A stretch of 64,000 nt of DNA from positions 864,001 to 928,000 of the forward strand of contig CBDBCZ010000018.1 in assembly GCA_965203295.1 (NCBI GenBank). Reading direction: 5' to 3'. The notes under the pieces are model-generated. The model was not told where the DNA came from and searched no databases. It saw only the letters and a list, made by a program, of their open reading frames with translations. The stretch is from Nitrospirales bacterium (lineage in GTDB: Bacteria > Nitrospirota > Nitrospiria > Nitrospirales > UBA8639). The position numbers were made by a program, and so were the translations under genes. Positions 13,117-28,700 of the stretch are shown piece after piece; positions within the stretch are counted from its first letter, which is position 1, and each line of letters begins with the position of its first letter.

Positions 13117-13858
13117 AGTATAGGATAGATCACTGCATAGCGGGGTGTATGACCCGTTATCTACCGCGGGAAAAGTTATCTCCCGCGGAAGCCAAGGAAG
13201 TTCCGAGGGCGAAGCCCGAGGTACTTCCGAGGCTTCCAAGGGAGATAACTTTTCCCAAGGTAGATAACGGGTCATACAACCCGCTACGCAGTGATCTATC
13301 TATTTTGTACTATGCCTAAGTCATTCTAACAAGAGTTGGTAGATCTGTAAGAAAAGCTAGAAGCTTGAAAGGCTGCACCGTTCAGCACGATAGAGCAAGC
13401 GGGCCAACTAGCATCAAGACTCGATCGACGGAGTAGAAGGCTAAGCTACAGCAAGGAAAACATTCCCAGAAACTGTAGCAAGACTGAACTACAGCTAGGA
13501 GCCATAGTAAGTAACCATCCATCCCGAGCCTAGTGCCATTTGACACAAAACGGTAGGCTGGCAGCGTTACCACACGCACAAAAACACAGAATCTCAGCGA
13601 AACTAGAAAACAGTAGCTTACCGTACTTTTCCATATCACTTTCCAACGATTTATGAGTAAAATAGCCGCCATACGATCTGCCTAGGCTCCCCCAGCCACC
13701 AGCTACTGTAGCTTTCTCACCGTTTGAACGACTGGAACGGAACCGGGTACCGTTTCACGTAGGCAATCGGGGTATATTTTTTCCCGCGGTAGAATATGAC
13801 CCGTTATCTACGCGAAATGCTGAAATCTGATTGGTTAGAATGACTTAGGTATAGTATA
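13117..13858 (+). mobile_element. Non-autonomous hairpin-capped element (Crypton-like architecture)
   Basis: Hairpin 13124-13300 with tip CCGAGGGCGAAGCCCGAGG; inner IR 13308-13330 / 13834-13856; AGTATA direct repeat at both ends. Confidence 0.75.
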
Positions 13859-13866
13859 AGTAATAA

Positions 13867-14030
13867 TTAGATACCAGTTGGCAGTGCATTACGGGATAAA
13901 GTTAGCACGCGAGGACAATTAAGTAACGGTCGAGGGCGGATAATGCGGCGAGTGTATTATCGCCCTCAACTGTTACTTAATAGTCCGAGCGTGCTAACTA
14001 GTCCCGTAATGCACTACCAGTGGTATCTAA
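13867..14030 (+). repeat. Long imperfect hairpin of the same class (tip degenerate)
   Basis: TTAGATACCA...TGGTATCTAA; stem contains GCACGC-GA-GGAC / GTCC-GA-GCGTGC tandem GA mismatch. Confidence 0.8.
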
Positions 14031-14151
14031 AGTATTTGGTTCTCTCCCTGACCAGAGACAGCGACAGTTATGTTGGGCGTTATTTAGAAAAGTGTGCACT
14101 ACGCAATTTAATGCGCAGTTATGTGATCGATTTTGAGACTTCTGAATCGTC

Positions 14152-14260
14152 GAAGGTCACACTAACCACTAACTGCCAATTACTGTAGAAGGTCACAATA
14201 ACTACTAACTGCCAATTACTGTAAAAGGTCACACTAACTACTAACTGCCAATTACTGTAG
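14152..14260 (+). repeat. ~36-bp tandem repeat x3
   Basis: GAAGGTCACACTAACCACTAACTGCCAATTACTGTA units. Confidence 0.85.
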
Positions 14261-14970
14261 TTAGAGCATGATTACGCTCTAACTACCCTGATTGGCAGAT
14301 AGAGCATGGTTAAACAACGTTACACTGAGTTAACAGCAGAAGGGTCGGGGCCAACTCAGAAAAGAGTTCTATGGAACCCGGCATGAATCTACTGTAGTTA
14401 CGGGAAGTCACACGCTCATGGCACACTTTTGATGAGCTGCTGCCTTGTGACATAGCAGACTCTGTTAATTTGGTTAGAGCATAGAAAACTTATATTGAGT
14501 AGCTGCAAACCCACAAATGAGAAATTATTCATGACAGTACAAGCCACTAAATTAAATTAGATGGTTTCCGTTTACAGGGAACTCACTGAGGCTTCATCAC
14601 ACAATGCCATTAGCTAACTATAACATAGACATCTTTCCTAGAGCATAGTATGAACCTCATTGAGCATGGCTCCGTGCATGCACAGCCTGTAGTCTCCAAG
14701 CCAGCAGCCATGCACGCACTAACTTGATAGTAGTCTATAGCTAGCTGCACACACAAATAATTATTATTTCTTTACAAGGCATAATTATAATAGGACCTAT
14801 ACATAGTTGAATATGAACTCTTTCTGATCACTGCACGCACCACCGATACTTTAGTATAATGTTACTATAGTAACAAGTGTATGGAATAATTTTCATAGAG
14901 TATAGTAAGAATCCCATAGAGCATAGGAAGCTGCCAGATTAAATTCTTGCAGTTAACCTGTACTAAATAA

Positions 14971-15057
14971 CTCAGAGCATGGGCAGCTATGTTCTAACTA
15001 GACCTCGACTTCGCCTTGACCTAGTTAGAACATAGCTGCCCCATGCTCTAAGCTATA
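14971..15057 (-). repeat. Hairpin of the same class (degenerate GCGAAGC tip); related decayed copy at ~19311-19370
   Basis: AGAGCATGGGCAGCTATGTTCTAACTAG / CTAGTTAGAACATAGCTGCCCCATGCTCT; minus strand begins GTATAG. Confidence 0.75.
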
Positions 15058-16787
15058 CATAGTTAAACCGCGCTACCTGCTGTAGGGAAATTTCACGCAT
15101 CACAGACAAAGCGGCGTCCGTTTCATCATCTGTCTCCTCAGGCACTTGTAGCAAAACGGTCATCTCCTGCTGCTCTTCCTCAACGCTTGGCGTTGCGGAG
15201 CGGAATTTGTTCACAACCTGGCCCATTTTGTAGCTAGCTACGCACATGTATCATGTATAGACTCGCAATTACCAATTATTAAAGTGTAGTCACGTGCGCA
15301 ATCACTGGTATTAAAATATAAAGGAGCCAAAAGTCTAGCGAATCAGCCCTCGCATGAAAAACTCGAGGTGCCAAGTGTGACGTGTTATACAGGAAGCTAC
15401 AGGATGCAAGTCAGTGCTGGCCCTGCCGGGCTCAGTTTGGCACACCACAGCTAAAATGAATGGAGTGAGGCCGCAATTCTCCCATATCACAATACTTTCT
15501 GCTTTTGAGCTGCTCAATATGGGGTTTGTTGCATAACTCAGTGTGCATGCCGGCTATTTGTTTCAGCAGCAGGATAGCTATACACATCGCAAATTTCTTC
15601 AATTCCGACCCAAAGCTCAGCCAAAGTTTTTTGGTGGCAACATTTCGACTGCAGTGTTGTAGTCTTCTTCAAGGCATGACCAACACTGTAGTCGAAATGT
15701 CGGCAACTAAAGGACTTCTGCAGAATTTCCGGTTGGAATTGAAAAAACTTCGCGAAACTCTACTAGCCAACGGAGAGAATCTCTGAATAATTAGGATACA
15801 CACAATTCAGTGCTTTGACTGACGTTCAAAAGTGTGTAGATTATATCCTCGGTCAGGTACAATTTATTACCTAATATAGACGTTATTATATTATAACGTC
15901 AGCCTCTTTATAAAATACATCATATGGCGTTATAAGAGCATGGCAGACTCTTCTTTTGCTATGTAGCTATTATTACAGAATCACAGTGAACCTTTAGCTA
16001 TAAACTTTACAGTTTACTACATGTCATGGTGTCAGATGTGCACTCAAGAGCAGGGCCAACAAATATAGTTATAAAATTGTAATGTCTACATGTATAAATA
16101 GCCTTTTTCCCCTTCTCAAGCAAGAAGATGCAGTAAACAGTGGTCCATTGATTTCTCTAGATATCACTAACTACGTAGTGTGTTTTCAAAAAAGATTGCA
16201 TTTGGATGAGCAGATGCCTGTCTGAACTTCTTGGTCTAAAACTTTACGTAAAATAGAAAATCTTATGTATAGCTATGTGTTACTCTTCTATTGGCATTGA
16301 GTATACATACATAGTAGTCTCCCAGTCGAAGGGTGAGACTACAATATTGGTAAATTATGGCTAATGGCTTCTAAGCTACCAATCAAAACAATAAGGCATG
16401 CATCCCATGCATCATAAACAAGTAGATCATAGCTATATACGTATGTCTGCTAGCTATGTCTACGTACATGTATGTGTACATTCATACCTTTGAAGTTTTT
16501 CTGTTACCTAAGAGATGCATATGCTGAGTGGGTGGATGCGGTTGAATAGCTGTGTCTACAATGGAGTACACCAAAACAGAAGCCAAGTATGTAGAGTCTG
16601 ACGCCATATGATGTATTGAGGTCTGTTAGTACTTAAATAAAAAGCGCGGAGGATACAATGTACACACTTGTTTTTTGAACATCAGAGCACTGATTCAGAA
16701 TTGGTGCTGAAATCTAATAGCCATCACTGAGGTAGTTGGGTAGTTTAGGGAGCAGCAGAAAGCGCTATTTTAGCAGTCTTTTTCAGT

Positions 16788-19700
16788 ATGGATAATCTAG
16801 TTTGTTCACAGAAGGCAAAGAGTCTACTCCTACTCTGCTGCTGTTCAGCGTTGGTAGTCTTGACTGGTGTGAAAGCAGCAACACAGACAGAGGACTTGAG
16901 TGGCTTACTCACAGAGTGCTCCGGTATTCGTCCAAGATTTCCTCCACCAAAGTCAGTACTAGAAGTTGTGTATCAGTGAATGTACACAGTTATTCAGTGA
17001 TACAGATATTTTATGTACATTAACCTTGAAATCTGCCATATACATACTGAAGTCCTCAAGTTTTTTTTTTTTTTGCATCAGAGTAGTATAACTTAGTAAT
17101 AATCTCTTAAAAATAGAAAGTTTATTATAGCAAACACCCTGGGGAGGTGCAGTCACAATTATTGTTTGACAGTTGTGGCTCAGTAAATCCCAGGGTACTT
17201 GTGTAATGCCCATTTTTATGAATACAACCAATGTAATATGTTTTTGGAAGGAGATGTGACTGCTAATTACTAAAGCAGCAAGATCTTTAATTTGATGACC
17301 ATGTGTGACAAGTGGTGATGCGTACACAGCTACATACTTGTATACCTCTTTAAAAAGAGGCAGGAAAGTTACAGACTTGACCCTTTTCACACTCTGCTAT
17401 GACAATGTCATAATAAATTACATTATTTACAGAATTGAAAGAAACAGCTAACAATCACTGTATTATGTGTAACTGGTAGCCATAGCATCACACGTAAATG
17501 AATGTCACTTGAGTATGTCTTCAGCCTTCCTTTGTCCACAAACTTGCCTGTAAAATTAAATTGAAATCTTATGATCTATACACAGTGGCCGGGCATTGTT
17601 ATGGCATACTGTGTAATAATTGGCTGAACCTTCATCTGTTGTGAGGCCGGACTCGCTAAGCCTTAGCAGCTTGCTAGTGCTATGGCTAGCAGCCACACAG
17701 TCTCCAGCCATCACTTTAATCACCCTGGATACCATTAATTGTACCACTGAAGCCAAACTTCACAAAGGGCAGTGTATATCTCAGACCATTGAAACACGTG
17801 GTCTTAGTAGATAAGTCACTAAGATACTGCCTGTAGTGCCTTTGCAGAGTATATATGGCTTTTGGCTGACCTCTGCCCCACCAATTGGCTGTGTCTTGGT
17901 GGTTTAGCCATATTAATGAGGATTATGTATAGGGCAGCTAAGCCATGCACCTCCGCCTCGTATTACCTTAGCTTATACAAGGTCTGCAAAGTATTTAATT
18001 CATGGGTGAATCGTGCGGGATTAATGAGGAATGCTTCTTTTCACTCGAAGTAGCTATATACAAAAATAATAAACTGCTGCCACTATTACTTCAAAAATCA
18101 GTTCACTGCTGAATTTAATAGCCTACTACAGTAAATTAAGGTTTCAGTACATGGTTCACAGCTGAAGAAATCGGAATTGAAAAGTGAATAATTGCATGGC
18201 TATGTATACAAGAGCCTGAATGGGCTGACGAAATAAGTGGAAATAATTATATATGACCCTCGCAACACCGTTGAAATGCATTTCAGGGGACACGGGACAA
18301 TTCGTGCCATTGGTACAAAATTCTGAGTTGTTCCACTCTGTTTCCAGCCGTTTGAGGGCTACACTCATTTTTTTCCATATGACAAATTTCCATCTATGAT
18401 CCGGTTTAGGACATCACTACAACATAATCCTCTTTGAAATAGCTGCATCAATACTTGCAGCGTAATAGTCAATAATGCCCTGTGAAAATTTAAGCGCGCA
18501 CCTCTATAGCTGCTTCCGTAGCTAAAATACCTTATATATTGTTCTTTTGACTGTTTGAACTAGTTTTGCTTTTTTCCCCTTACAATACAGCACTCTAGCA
18601 TGTTACCGAACCAGAATTCATGAGAGGGGGCCGTTTAAATTTTGTGAGCCACGACTTGTAAGAAACAAGACCATTCCGATGACAGGTAAGTTGTGTCTAT
18701 ACTCACAGGTAATACAATGTGTGCATGACTACAGTAATTAGGGATACCTTTTCTTTAGTTATAGCCCATTGCTAAGTTTCTAGAGGCCCTATAAATCAGC
18801 AACATAACTCCAAAAGTGCTGAGTCAGCTATATTAAGTGTGAACTATGCTATATCAGGTGTGAAGAGTGGCCACATGTAATAGTTAAAGGGTATGTTTTG
18901 GTGAGGGAGTTCATCCACTCACCCAAACTGTCCCTTAACGTATTTAAAATACATTGGCATAGCATTGTATGTGGCCTCCTTTGAGTGCTATATGCATGGG
19001 GAAAAGTTGTTGCCATGGTAATGTACATTGAAAACTTCAAAAGCAACCAACTACAGGTAGCAATGAGCTATAAATCTACTGCATGTTGTATCACCCTTCC
19101 ACTCCACTTTAAATCTCTTATATCATTTCCACTCGTGATGTTGCAGTTTATAAGCCCTCCCCCTCAGGCTTAACCAGCAAAATCACTCGTAAGGGTGATA
19201 CAAATAATATGTGAAGGGTTAGTCTTGTTACATGGAGCATTATTATAGTAACAATCCCATAGAGATATCATGAGAATGCTTATTATGCTAAATGGCTTAT
19301 ATGGAATATGGGTAGCTCTATGTTCTAACTAGACCTCAGCTCAGCTTAGCCTCAGCCTAGTTAACATACTTAGCTTCTCTTTCAAAAGTACCTATTGTGC
19401 ACCTCGGCCTTATATAGAGCCAAGCTGCACACGTATGCTATACTCATTACATAGACCTTTTAAAAATATCTATGTTTCAAATTTTGCAGGGAGAAGTACC
19501 AACTACACTATTCTACACATCAACTCACCTGGAAGACTCAGAGATAAAACTTATGTCAACAGGTAATGCATTACGTTCTAGTAGTGAGTCTTACAAAGTG
19601 TAATTTGCACTTATTATTGAGTAAGCTGTTGCTATAACATAGAAAGAAATTGACAATGTGACTATGAACGTCATATTTGAATTTTACTGAATGTCATGTA

Positions 19701-22700
19701 GGTTACTGTGTCGTTGGAATGTGCAGTGCCCCAGCAACCAAGTTATGTACATCGACACTGTTGAACACAACATTGAACCCAAGCAACAAAATGATCTGTT
19801 TCAGGTATAGTTTACTACAATAACTCTTGCATTCATTACATAATTCTGTAATGTAAGAAAATTGAAAAGTTTGATATTGAATAATGTGTCCACGATAATT
19901 AGCATAAAGTATACTAATCTTTTGTTGTTTATTCTCCAAGCCTACAAATTGCAGTAAAAGAAAGCTGCCATATTGTGGCATGTACATATTAATGTACATT
20001 ACCATGGCAACCACTTTTTCCCACGCTTATAGCACTCAAAGGAGGCCACATACAGGGATCATTGCTATACCAATGTACATTAAATCAGTTAAAGGTCAGT
20101 TTGGGTGAGGGGTTAAAATCCTCGGCTTTGCCTTGAACTTTAAATTCCCCTCACCCAAACTGACCTTTAACTATTACTTATGACATGTACAGCAAAGAGT
20201 TATAAGTGCACCTCAAACTGCAAAACACTTCTTTGTACACTTAGAATCCCGTGTGTATTGACTACCTGAAGCAGTACAGAGACTTTGGCGATGAAGTCAG
20301 CTGTGGTATTAGGGAGCCTCAGAAGGATCTCGAGCCTCGTCGCCTGATGTTAGAGTTTCGCTCAAACACAAAGTAAGCAAAACAATGTTTTACTTATGCA
20401 TGTTGTGCACCCCATAGCTATAAATAGGCAGCTGTAATCAGGTTTGGTATGTGAAGACTTAAAAATAAGCCTAAACCATCCTTTTTCGTTGATACCAAAT
20501 TCCAATCCTATTCCCAATTGCCTACTACAACCTTCCTTTTTTCCAACTTTTCCTACCTCCCATAAGCCCATCCGTATTATCAGTATGAACTCTAACACAC
20601 CTCGGCACATGGATAAAAGGGTGTAGATGGATAAATGATACAATTATTTGTAGACAAAATACAGAATGAACTAAGATTTGGAACTGTAGCTAAGAGAACT
20701 CTAACCCTAATCCTAACCAGTAACCCAAAAACTGACCCTCATGTTATGTGTTTGCATAAGTATGAATAGACAGCTGTAATCAGGTTTCGTAAGTATGATT
20801 GTAAGTGATGGCTTTAGTTGTAGGAATGAAGATACTACCTTGTATGCATTTCAGGAAGTTCCACATAACTCTTTTCCAACCAATGACACATAATATGTGC
20901 CATGGGCTCCCATAAGCCCATATGAATTTATATGGGGGTTTTAATACTAGGCGTTAATACTTTGTACAGGCTTTTCTGCTTCTTTAAGCTGTTTCTTATG
21001 GTTGGTAAAGGGTTAATTAATTAGGCTTTGTATATAATGTGTTGTTCTTCATCTTTGTAGAGTTCGATTTCCAGGGTTCAGAATAAGAGTGGTGTGCTTT
21101 GATCCAGAACTGCAAGACCAAGAGGGCTGCTCGCTGGATGGCCTTTCTGGTAATGTATTAGAGAGCCTTCAAGTGCAGAAGAGAAGTATTCCGCCTCGAA
21201 TCCTTTCAAAGAAGGATCTGGTAAGATCTAGTGAGCGGTCAGTGTGTCTTTTGTTAACGCAAAGTATTTGTGGGAAATACACCCACATAATTATGCTGTT
21301 GTAGTTACCAATGGTTCTCACTTAACAATGTGAAAACAATGAGGTAATCCTTATGTATCCACAACATCCTACCACACCTTTAGTTCCACTGTGAATCAAA
21401 CTAGTCTTGACTTAGAAGATATTTGTGCTTAAAAATTATAATCAATAGTTTGATGTGTCTTAAGCTTAACCATAATAGAGTTAAGGTACAACATCAGACC
21501 ATAAACACTACATGTGTATATAGCCTGAAGGTGTTTGTGTATACAGTGTACGTATTATGGCTAAAATGCATTAGGTCATACTTGAATTGGACTGTGACAT
21601 CCCACCTGTCTACTGTGTTTAGTCTGTTGTATCACTGTAGTCACCTGGCAAGCAGCTGCACTTATTGTTTGTGTTCTGACTGCGTGAATCATCACATATA
21701 GCACTCTTGATTCCTATTAGAAGTACGCATCTTTCATTGTCACAGAAATTAAATGGGTTTTGGTGTTTTAAGTCCTCCATGCAATTCTACGGTATACTGT
21801 GATGCTACAGAATTAAAATGCAGAGGCAGTGAGACAAAGGTTTCAGTTTTACTTTACATCTGCTGATCATATGTGAGGTACATGTGTTCTCCTTTCAAGT
21901 AGATGGTGAGGTTGAGCAGGTTAGATGAACCCATGTAGTCATTTTGCCGCACCTATGAGAGCAATGGCTTATAGTCAGCTCTTTAAAAGGCATGCTTGAT
22001 TGAAAGACAATCTTTTTATAGCTACCTAATTCCGTTATCCATTTCCCTTCTTGGCCCTGGAAGTGTGTGCATAATATATGCCCTTATGCAAATATTGTAG
22101 AAAGTTCGGGGACTCACACTAGTTTCGAATCTGCCTGTGTTGTGGTGAAAGAGAATACCCTAAGCACTGTGCTAACCACTGAACTACATGTGCTAAGTCA
22201 AAGATATGTAAACATTTGCTGACTATAATACACAATTTTAAAATGCAGGCGCCACACCCAGAGAGTAAAATATTTTGGACTGTAATGGTTGTTGGAATTA
22301 ACTTGTGAGAGTCCAAGGTACAAAGCAAGGATTGCACAGCAAGTTTGATCCCAGTTTTTAATTGAATCCCATGCTCAACTTCAGTCATTCAATGATCCAG
22401 ATGGGACACACTTGATATAATTTTTTCCTTTCTTCTCATTTTCAGGAAACTGCCTTCAACCGTAGAATTTTCAAACGATCGGTAAAATCACTAAAGCAAA
22501 TTTCTGTGCCAGCAAATGAGCGTGTGATATATGACAAAGAGAAAGTTACTGTGAGTACTAGTATTATACATTAATCAACTCAAGCCAATACTTACATGAC
22601 TGAATAAATGCAGTGTACATGGAAACCCTCTATTGTGGACACCTTGGAAACTGTCAAAGTGTCCTGCATAGAGATGTGTCCTCACTTTTGTATAGTATAT

Positions 22701-25700
22701 TTAGGACATAGTAACATGTCCTTTATACAGAAGTGTTTTTATTTTAGAGGGGTCCTTTTTGAGGGGTTCCACTGTATGCCCCAATGTCTGCAGTGGAAAA
22801 TTCTGAATTATGGGATTTGATATAGCCGCTTCCATGCAGTATCTTGGAAGCCACTTAAGTGTTTTCTTTATGCTATATGTTATCTCCAAACCCATGCCTT
22901 CCCTGGTACTTGCAAAAATAAGTTATAGTGGGGAGAGATTTTATCACCTGCACAACTGCACAACTGCAGAGTAGATGGCAGGTATACAGACATCTCTAAT
23001 TCAGTTCAGTGACTATACAATTGAACCATGTGTACAACATATGTATAGCTGTATGTTATTTGTGCGTCTTTGCCGGGGATTTTTATAACGCTTGTGATAA
23101 AAATGACCAGGACTTTCTCACTTCACCTTTCATTTTATTTTCAGGAATGCGGGGAAGGCCTGGGTTCAAAGCTAGTTACGTACATGTATCTAGCTGATGC
23201 ATTGTATGTACTTCCTGCAGTGTTGATATCGACGTACCTTTTTTCATTAGGTTGTTGTGAATGGCAGCATCGTAAAGTTCACTTTTGATGATATTACATC
23301 CTTCCACACTTACAATCAATTTGAGGGGGTAAGAAGCTTTTATAAGCTGAAGAAAAGGCTTGATTTCCGAGGATTTGGTGAGTAATAGTTTGACAGGATT
23401 TATCTTTTTCCTATGTTCCCACTTTATTCAGGTAATGAACTTTATTTATTCAGAAATACAATGGAACCACTGCACCTCTTAAAGGACATCATTAAAATAA
23501 GGACACTTCAATATTAGAGAGAGACTTTGCTTTATATGCCCTATTATTTTCCTGACTAAGTGCTGAGACACCGAAAAAAATATGTTGAGAAGACGTAGTT
23601 ACTGATAATTAGAAATACAGTATACTACTCACGTACAGTACAGCACAGTAAAATATTGAAACATGCCAGACTGTTTTCTTGCTATATATGTAAAGGAGAC
23701 TCTCTTAATAAGCTAGTGGAATTCATACCCATGTTTCTTCAATTCCAACAAAAAGTGGAGCAGAATTTCTTTCTGTTGTTGTCTGCCACTAATTTAACAC
23801 AGTGTTGTAATATTTTACTCTCTCTGGAAAAAACTAAAATTCTGCAGTTAAAACATTGGTAACTAAGAGACTCCAACCAAATTTTGGGTTGGAATTGAAG
23901 AAACTTGGCTATTAAAACTGCCATAAAACTGACCTTTGCTCAACCAAAATGGCATAATTATGTTTGCCAGTGCTTTAAAACGAAGCTACCTATGCTTTTA
24001 ACTGGGATTGAGTCTCAAAGTGTCTAGTGTGTTGAGCTAATGAGTTAGTGAATTTTAGATTTTCTGCCTTCTAAGACTAATTTTGAGTGGAATGCTGTCT
24101 AGAATATAGCTGATATTAGGTTAGTTTAGTTGTTGCTGTAGCAAAGATCCAGAGATATGAAACCTAATTGGTGCATAACAACCCAAAAATTAATATGAGA
24201 CACTTACATTATTGTAGTGAGTAGTCAAACTGACTTTTGTTGATGCTGATGTCACTAATCTCATATTATGTTGAAGTTAAAAATTGTCCCACTTTACGAT
24301 GTGAAAAGGATGCACATTTTCTACTCTCTAAACCATTTGAGTGTACTTCTGTTAGAATGTACCTGATATGAGGTTGGTTGATGTAGTTGCTGCTGTAGCA
24401 AAGACCCAGAAATGAAAGCTTTGTTCTGTACCACAAAAGATACAGGACTGAGTTTACAGCATTGTTTAAATTTTGTGCAATGATTTTCTGCAAAATTATG
24501 GTTGTAGTACTGAGGTGTTCCCATGATTGTACATATCTCATACAGTAAGGGAACTACTTTTAATTAGAGTACATAACATAACTTGTGGTCATAATCTCAT
24601 CACGTATGTACTATTACTTGTAAATACAGGCTTGCTGACAATTATACAGTCAACTGGATACTACTTTATATACGGAGTTGATCCCATAGTAAGTTAATAC
24701 ACAACTACTTCCTGTATCAGCTTTTTTATTATTTAAGCTGCCATTAATCCAGTGTGCACAGGAATTGCTATCTAAAGTCACATGTGCCATAAGATAGGGA
24801 GGTTGTAGAGAGATAATTATGAGCGAGTACGCTTACATGCAATTCTCACACAGCGAGTAAAGGTAGCAAATCCACACTTCTAATTAATACTCTTTATAGC
24901 CATTTGTGTCGTAAACTTACCACCGAAACACGTTTCCCATGAAATATAGAAATACGCAGCTATATTTAGAAGTAAAAAATGACACAATTTTATCATGTGA
25001 TCTTAGATATCAGGTCCTGTGACTTTCCTTCGTGTAATCAAAACAGTCGTGAGCCTGGGAATGAGGCTATTATGCTGATTTGGGTGTACGTTGTGGGTGC
25101 ACATACCACAATATTGTGCAAATGAAATTTAAGCACAATAACCAAGTGCAGTTTAAAATGCCACATGCAGTTGTTAGAAGTAGCTAATAAATTATTGGAT
25201 ACAGGACCAGATAATTGAGTTCTGGCAATGAAGTATACGCAGATGGGTGGGTTCGAGGCAAGGAGCAGAGGTTATTGTGTCATATCCATACGCAATCATA
25301 TCTGGATCTATTGGCGTGTACACCTTATGACCATTAGCCTGAGTACAAAAGTAGTGTTAGCTAATTAGCCCATTAACACATAGTAACTTATTGGATACAT
25401 CATGCATAATTAACTAGTATGGAAAAACAGTATGGCATTCAAACCAGTGTCTGAAGTGTTCATAAAAAATGCGTAAAATATTAAAATTGCATTAGGTGAA
25501 CTCACTCAAGAATATCAATTATGACTGAATTATCATGCATAAAGGTGAACAGTAGCACAAAAAAAATCCACTAACTAGCTACACTTTTTATGCGGGCCAG
25601 GTTCAAATTCTGGCTGTAACTCAGCAAGTTTTCCATCACATAGCTACTGATTGTGTCCTCAAGTATACACTTACATTATGCACAATGTTGCTTTTGAAAC

Positions 25701-28700
25701 ACACAGTTTCTGCCAAGCCCTGAGCAAGAGGGAGTAATCCGCATGCTACTAAAAGCCGAAGAAGAACTGATTGTAGATGAGGATTTCATCATTGAAGAAG
25801 ACGACGATGAAACAAGTGAGCATAATATTTATCAGCATAGCTAAACACATAAATAAAAATCATTTTCCCACTTCCAAGAGAGGTATAAGACAGCATAACT
25901 GTTAAACCTTTCAAACCAGGTGGAAATGCAGTGAATACACGTATAATTACTCTGACTTTAAATACAGCAACACCTACTATTTAGCAGTACAGTTGTGATA
26001 GACTTCCACTAATTGAACAGGGCTCCAATACTACCTGTAGCAATGTATTGTTAGTACTGTTGCATTGTTCAGCCAGTACCACAGGCCTTCATGGAAGGTA
26101 CAGGCTCTTACTATCTTGGGAATGGGGAATTCTATTTATGTGCTCTTGGTATAAAGTAGCAGGGTATTAGGCACAGTACGTACACACACATATATACCAC
26201 TCACCCTTGTTACTTAGGTTACTAGAAGTCATTATGAGTCATATTGACTTCCCTTTGGGTAAAAGTCTGGTATGACTCATACCGACTTCCCTTAGGGTAA
26301 ACAATTTTATCCAATCAGACTATCATGCATATAGCTACTGCTATGCATTGTGTAGCTGTACTTTACATGCATACATTCAGGCACAATATTATACATTCTG
26401 GCTTTATAATGGAGAAGCTGAGGCCGCTAAAACGTTGAGGTAGGAGGGGCTGCTTCAAAGAAGCGGATGGGAGGGGCTCAATACTGTCTTCCAGGGTAGG
26501 AGCTCTGAATTAACCCCTGGACAGGCGGTCCAATCGCACAACCGCATACCGAGGCAAGACGGCAAGTAAGGACAAACAGCCTCAGCTTCTTCCATTAATT
26601 ATATATAAAGCCAGAATGGGAATCGTTGCTACGTGCTAGCGTTGCTATAGTTCGTGGCCCCCATGGACTGACCAATCAGATGGGATATATAACACTTACA
26701 GTACAGTTGTCATGGATTTATGGCAACGTAAACAAACCTCGTCCTCGGGCTATCGCCCTCGGACTCCGTTCGTTTACTGCCATAAATCCCTGACAACTGT
26801 ACTATAACTATAACATATGCATTCTCAGGGGAGGTTTAAAGTAATCATTGGAACTACAATAGTGAAATACCATTAGCTATACACACTCTAATAATGAAAT
26901 TGTACTAGAGAGTAGCATTATTGGGTTCTCTGTAAGTGATCTTGTGTAATTATAGCAGCGTTCAAAGTAAAACAGCTAAAGTGTGAGTGGTATGAACAAC
27001 CACTGCCATAATCAAAACATAGTGCAAAGCTCACTGATAAAACACCACAAGCTTATACAACAGACCTCTCCATACTTATACATTTATACCAAGGTTTTCA
27101 AGAGGGTTTCCATCCATGTAGTGAGAGGGAATGAGAATAGTTGATACACCATATCAAGCTCATCTAAAAATATTTGGCCGATTAATGCATGGCCAAGTTG
27201 TAGACATGAGTGAATTGGATTACAATACGTTATTATGGAGCTAGCTACCATTCCTAACTTCAATGGTTGTCTTCACTTTGTAATTTGGGTCGAAGTGTAT
27301 ATATCACAAAGAGCACCAGCGAAAAATACCTTTGGTAGTCCATTACTGTGAGCCAGAAACACTCTTTATATCTTTATAAGGATACTATAAGCTGTGCATA
27401 ACATCATACATGCAAATTCACCCCACATTTCAACTTTCTGTGTATATTGACTTCGTAGGTACTGGACAACCCGGCCCCCCTGGACATTCTGGTGCTCCAG
27501 GCCCCCCTGGGTATGCTGGCCGCCCTGGCCCCCCTGGCCCCCCTGGCCCTTCTGGCCGTCCTGGCCCCCCTGGCCCTTCTGGTCGTCCTGGTTCTGCTGG
27601 CTCCGCTGGGCCTCCGGGTCGTCCTGGTTCCGCTGGCTCTGCTGGGCCTCCAGGTGTAAGAGGTAATACCTATACTGCAGTAATAACACAGCTACAGTAT
27701 GTTGAACAAAAAGCTTTGCGAGATTCTCACAAAACATTGTGAAGGGTTTGTAAAGCTAACATTGCTAACTTGTCATGCAATCTGAATCATTGAGCTGTAC
27801 TTGAACACGTGAAATTATGCAAACCGAGAAGCTGAACTACTCTACAAAGCCATAATTAAATACTAATTACGCCACACTGAGCCATAAATGATTATGTCTG
27901 GGCCATAATATTGGCATGTATATGCCACAAACTTTGTGTAAAAAGTGAACACTTCGTGATTATTTCATGCCACAAACACTTTGTGGCACTTCGTGATGAG
28001 AGGACATTTGCAAAGGTTGGCGAACATTTTGTGAGCATCTTGCATTTGCAGCGTACTGTAGCTTTATAACCTTAGAAAGTGTTGCTCTGGCGTATTTAAG
28101 GTCGTTTGATTTTAGCTACTAATGTACTTTGGAGTGTCAAAAAATATTATAGTTACGTTCAGATATTAATTGGTTAGTTACTGGACAAAGGCAAAATTTC
28201 CTGAACTGCATTTTCATATAAAAGAATTTGTCAGAAATAGCTAAGTGTATAAAACAGTACAAAGGTCTGTATAAAATAAGGTACAATTTCCTTGCAAAGT
28301 TAGGAAATTCAGCTCTGTCCTGTGCTATACCAAATTCCTGGAACTATCTCCTTCGAGGTGCTTTTCAGGAATTCCACTTGAGGCCCACGCAATAATTTGC
28401 TCAGTTAGGCAACGTATCTTGTATTAGGTATAGTTTTTTTACTGTGGTGAGACACCAGTCGTATCTATGGTTGCAATCCTAACGTTGGTTAATTAAGCAA
28501 AGACATAGTTAATATATGAATGTAGTGATTGCTATGTTGATGCTATTGCTCAGTGATTGTTCACATGGCATTATACCTGCGTTGATAGGGCGAAGACAGT
28601 CTACCGGAAGTGGACCAGAGGTGGATGATCCAATGGTGATTGATGCAGCAAGAGCCAGCGTAAACTCTTGCAATGCGGTCGTGAGGGCCGTAGCACAATC

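Noticed and set aside
15053..15247. First exon of a divergent minus-strand gene (MGQVVNKF...)
   Set aside because: Plausible ATG and donor, but no downstream exon could be identified
20701..20730. Telomeric CCCTAA-like repeats
   Set aside because: Only 3-4 degenerate units; not an array
27366..27737. Gly/Gln-rich minus-strand ORF
   Set aside because: Antisense shadow of the collagen exon
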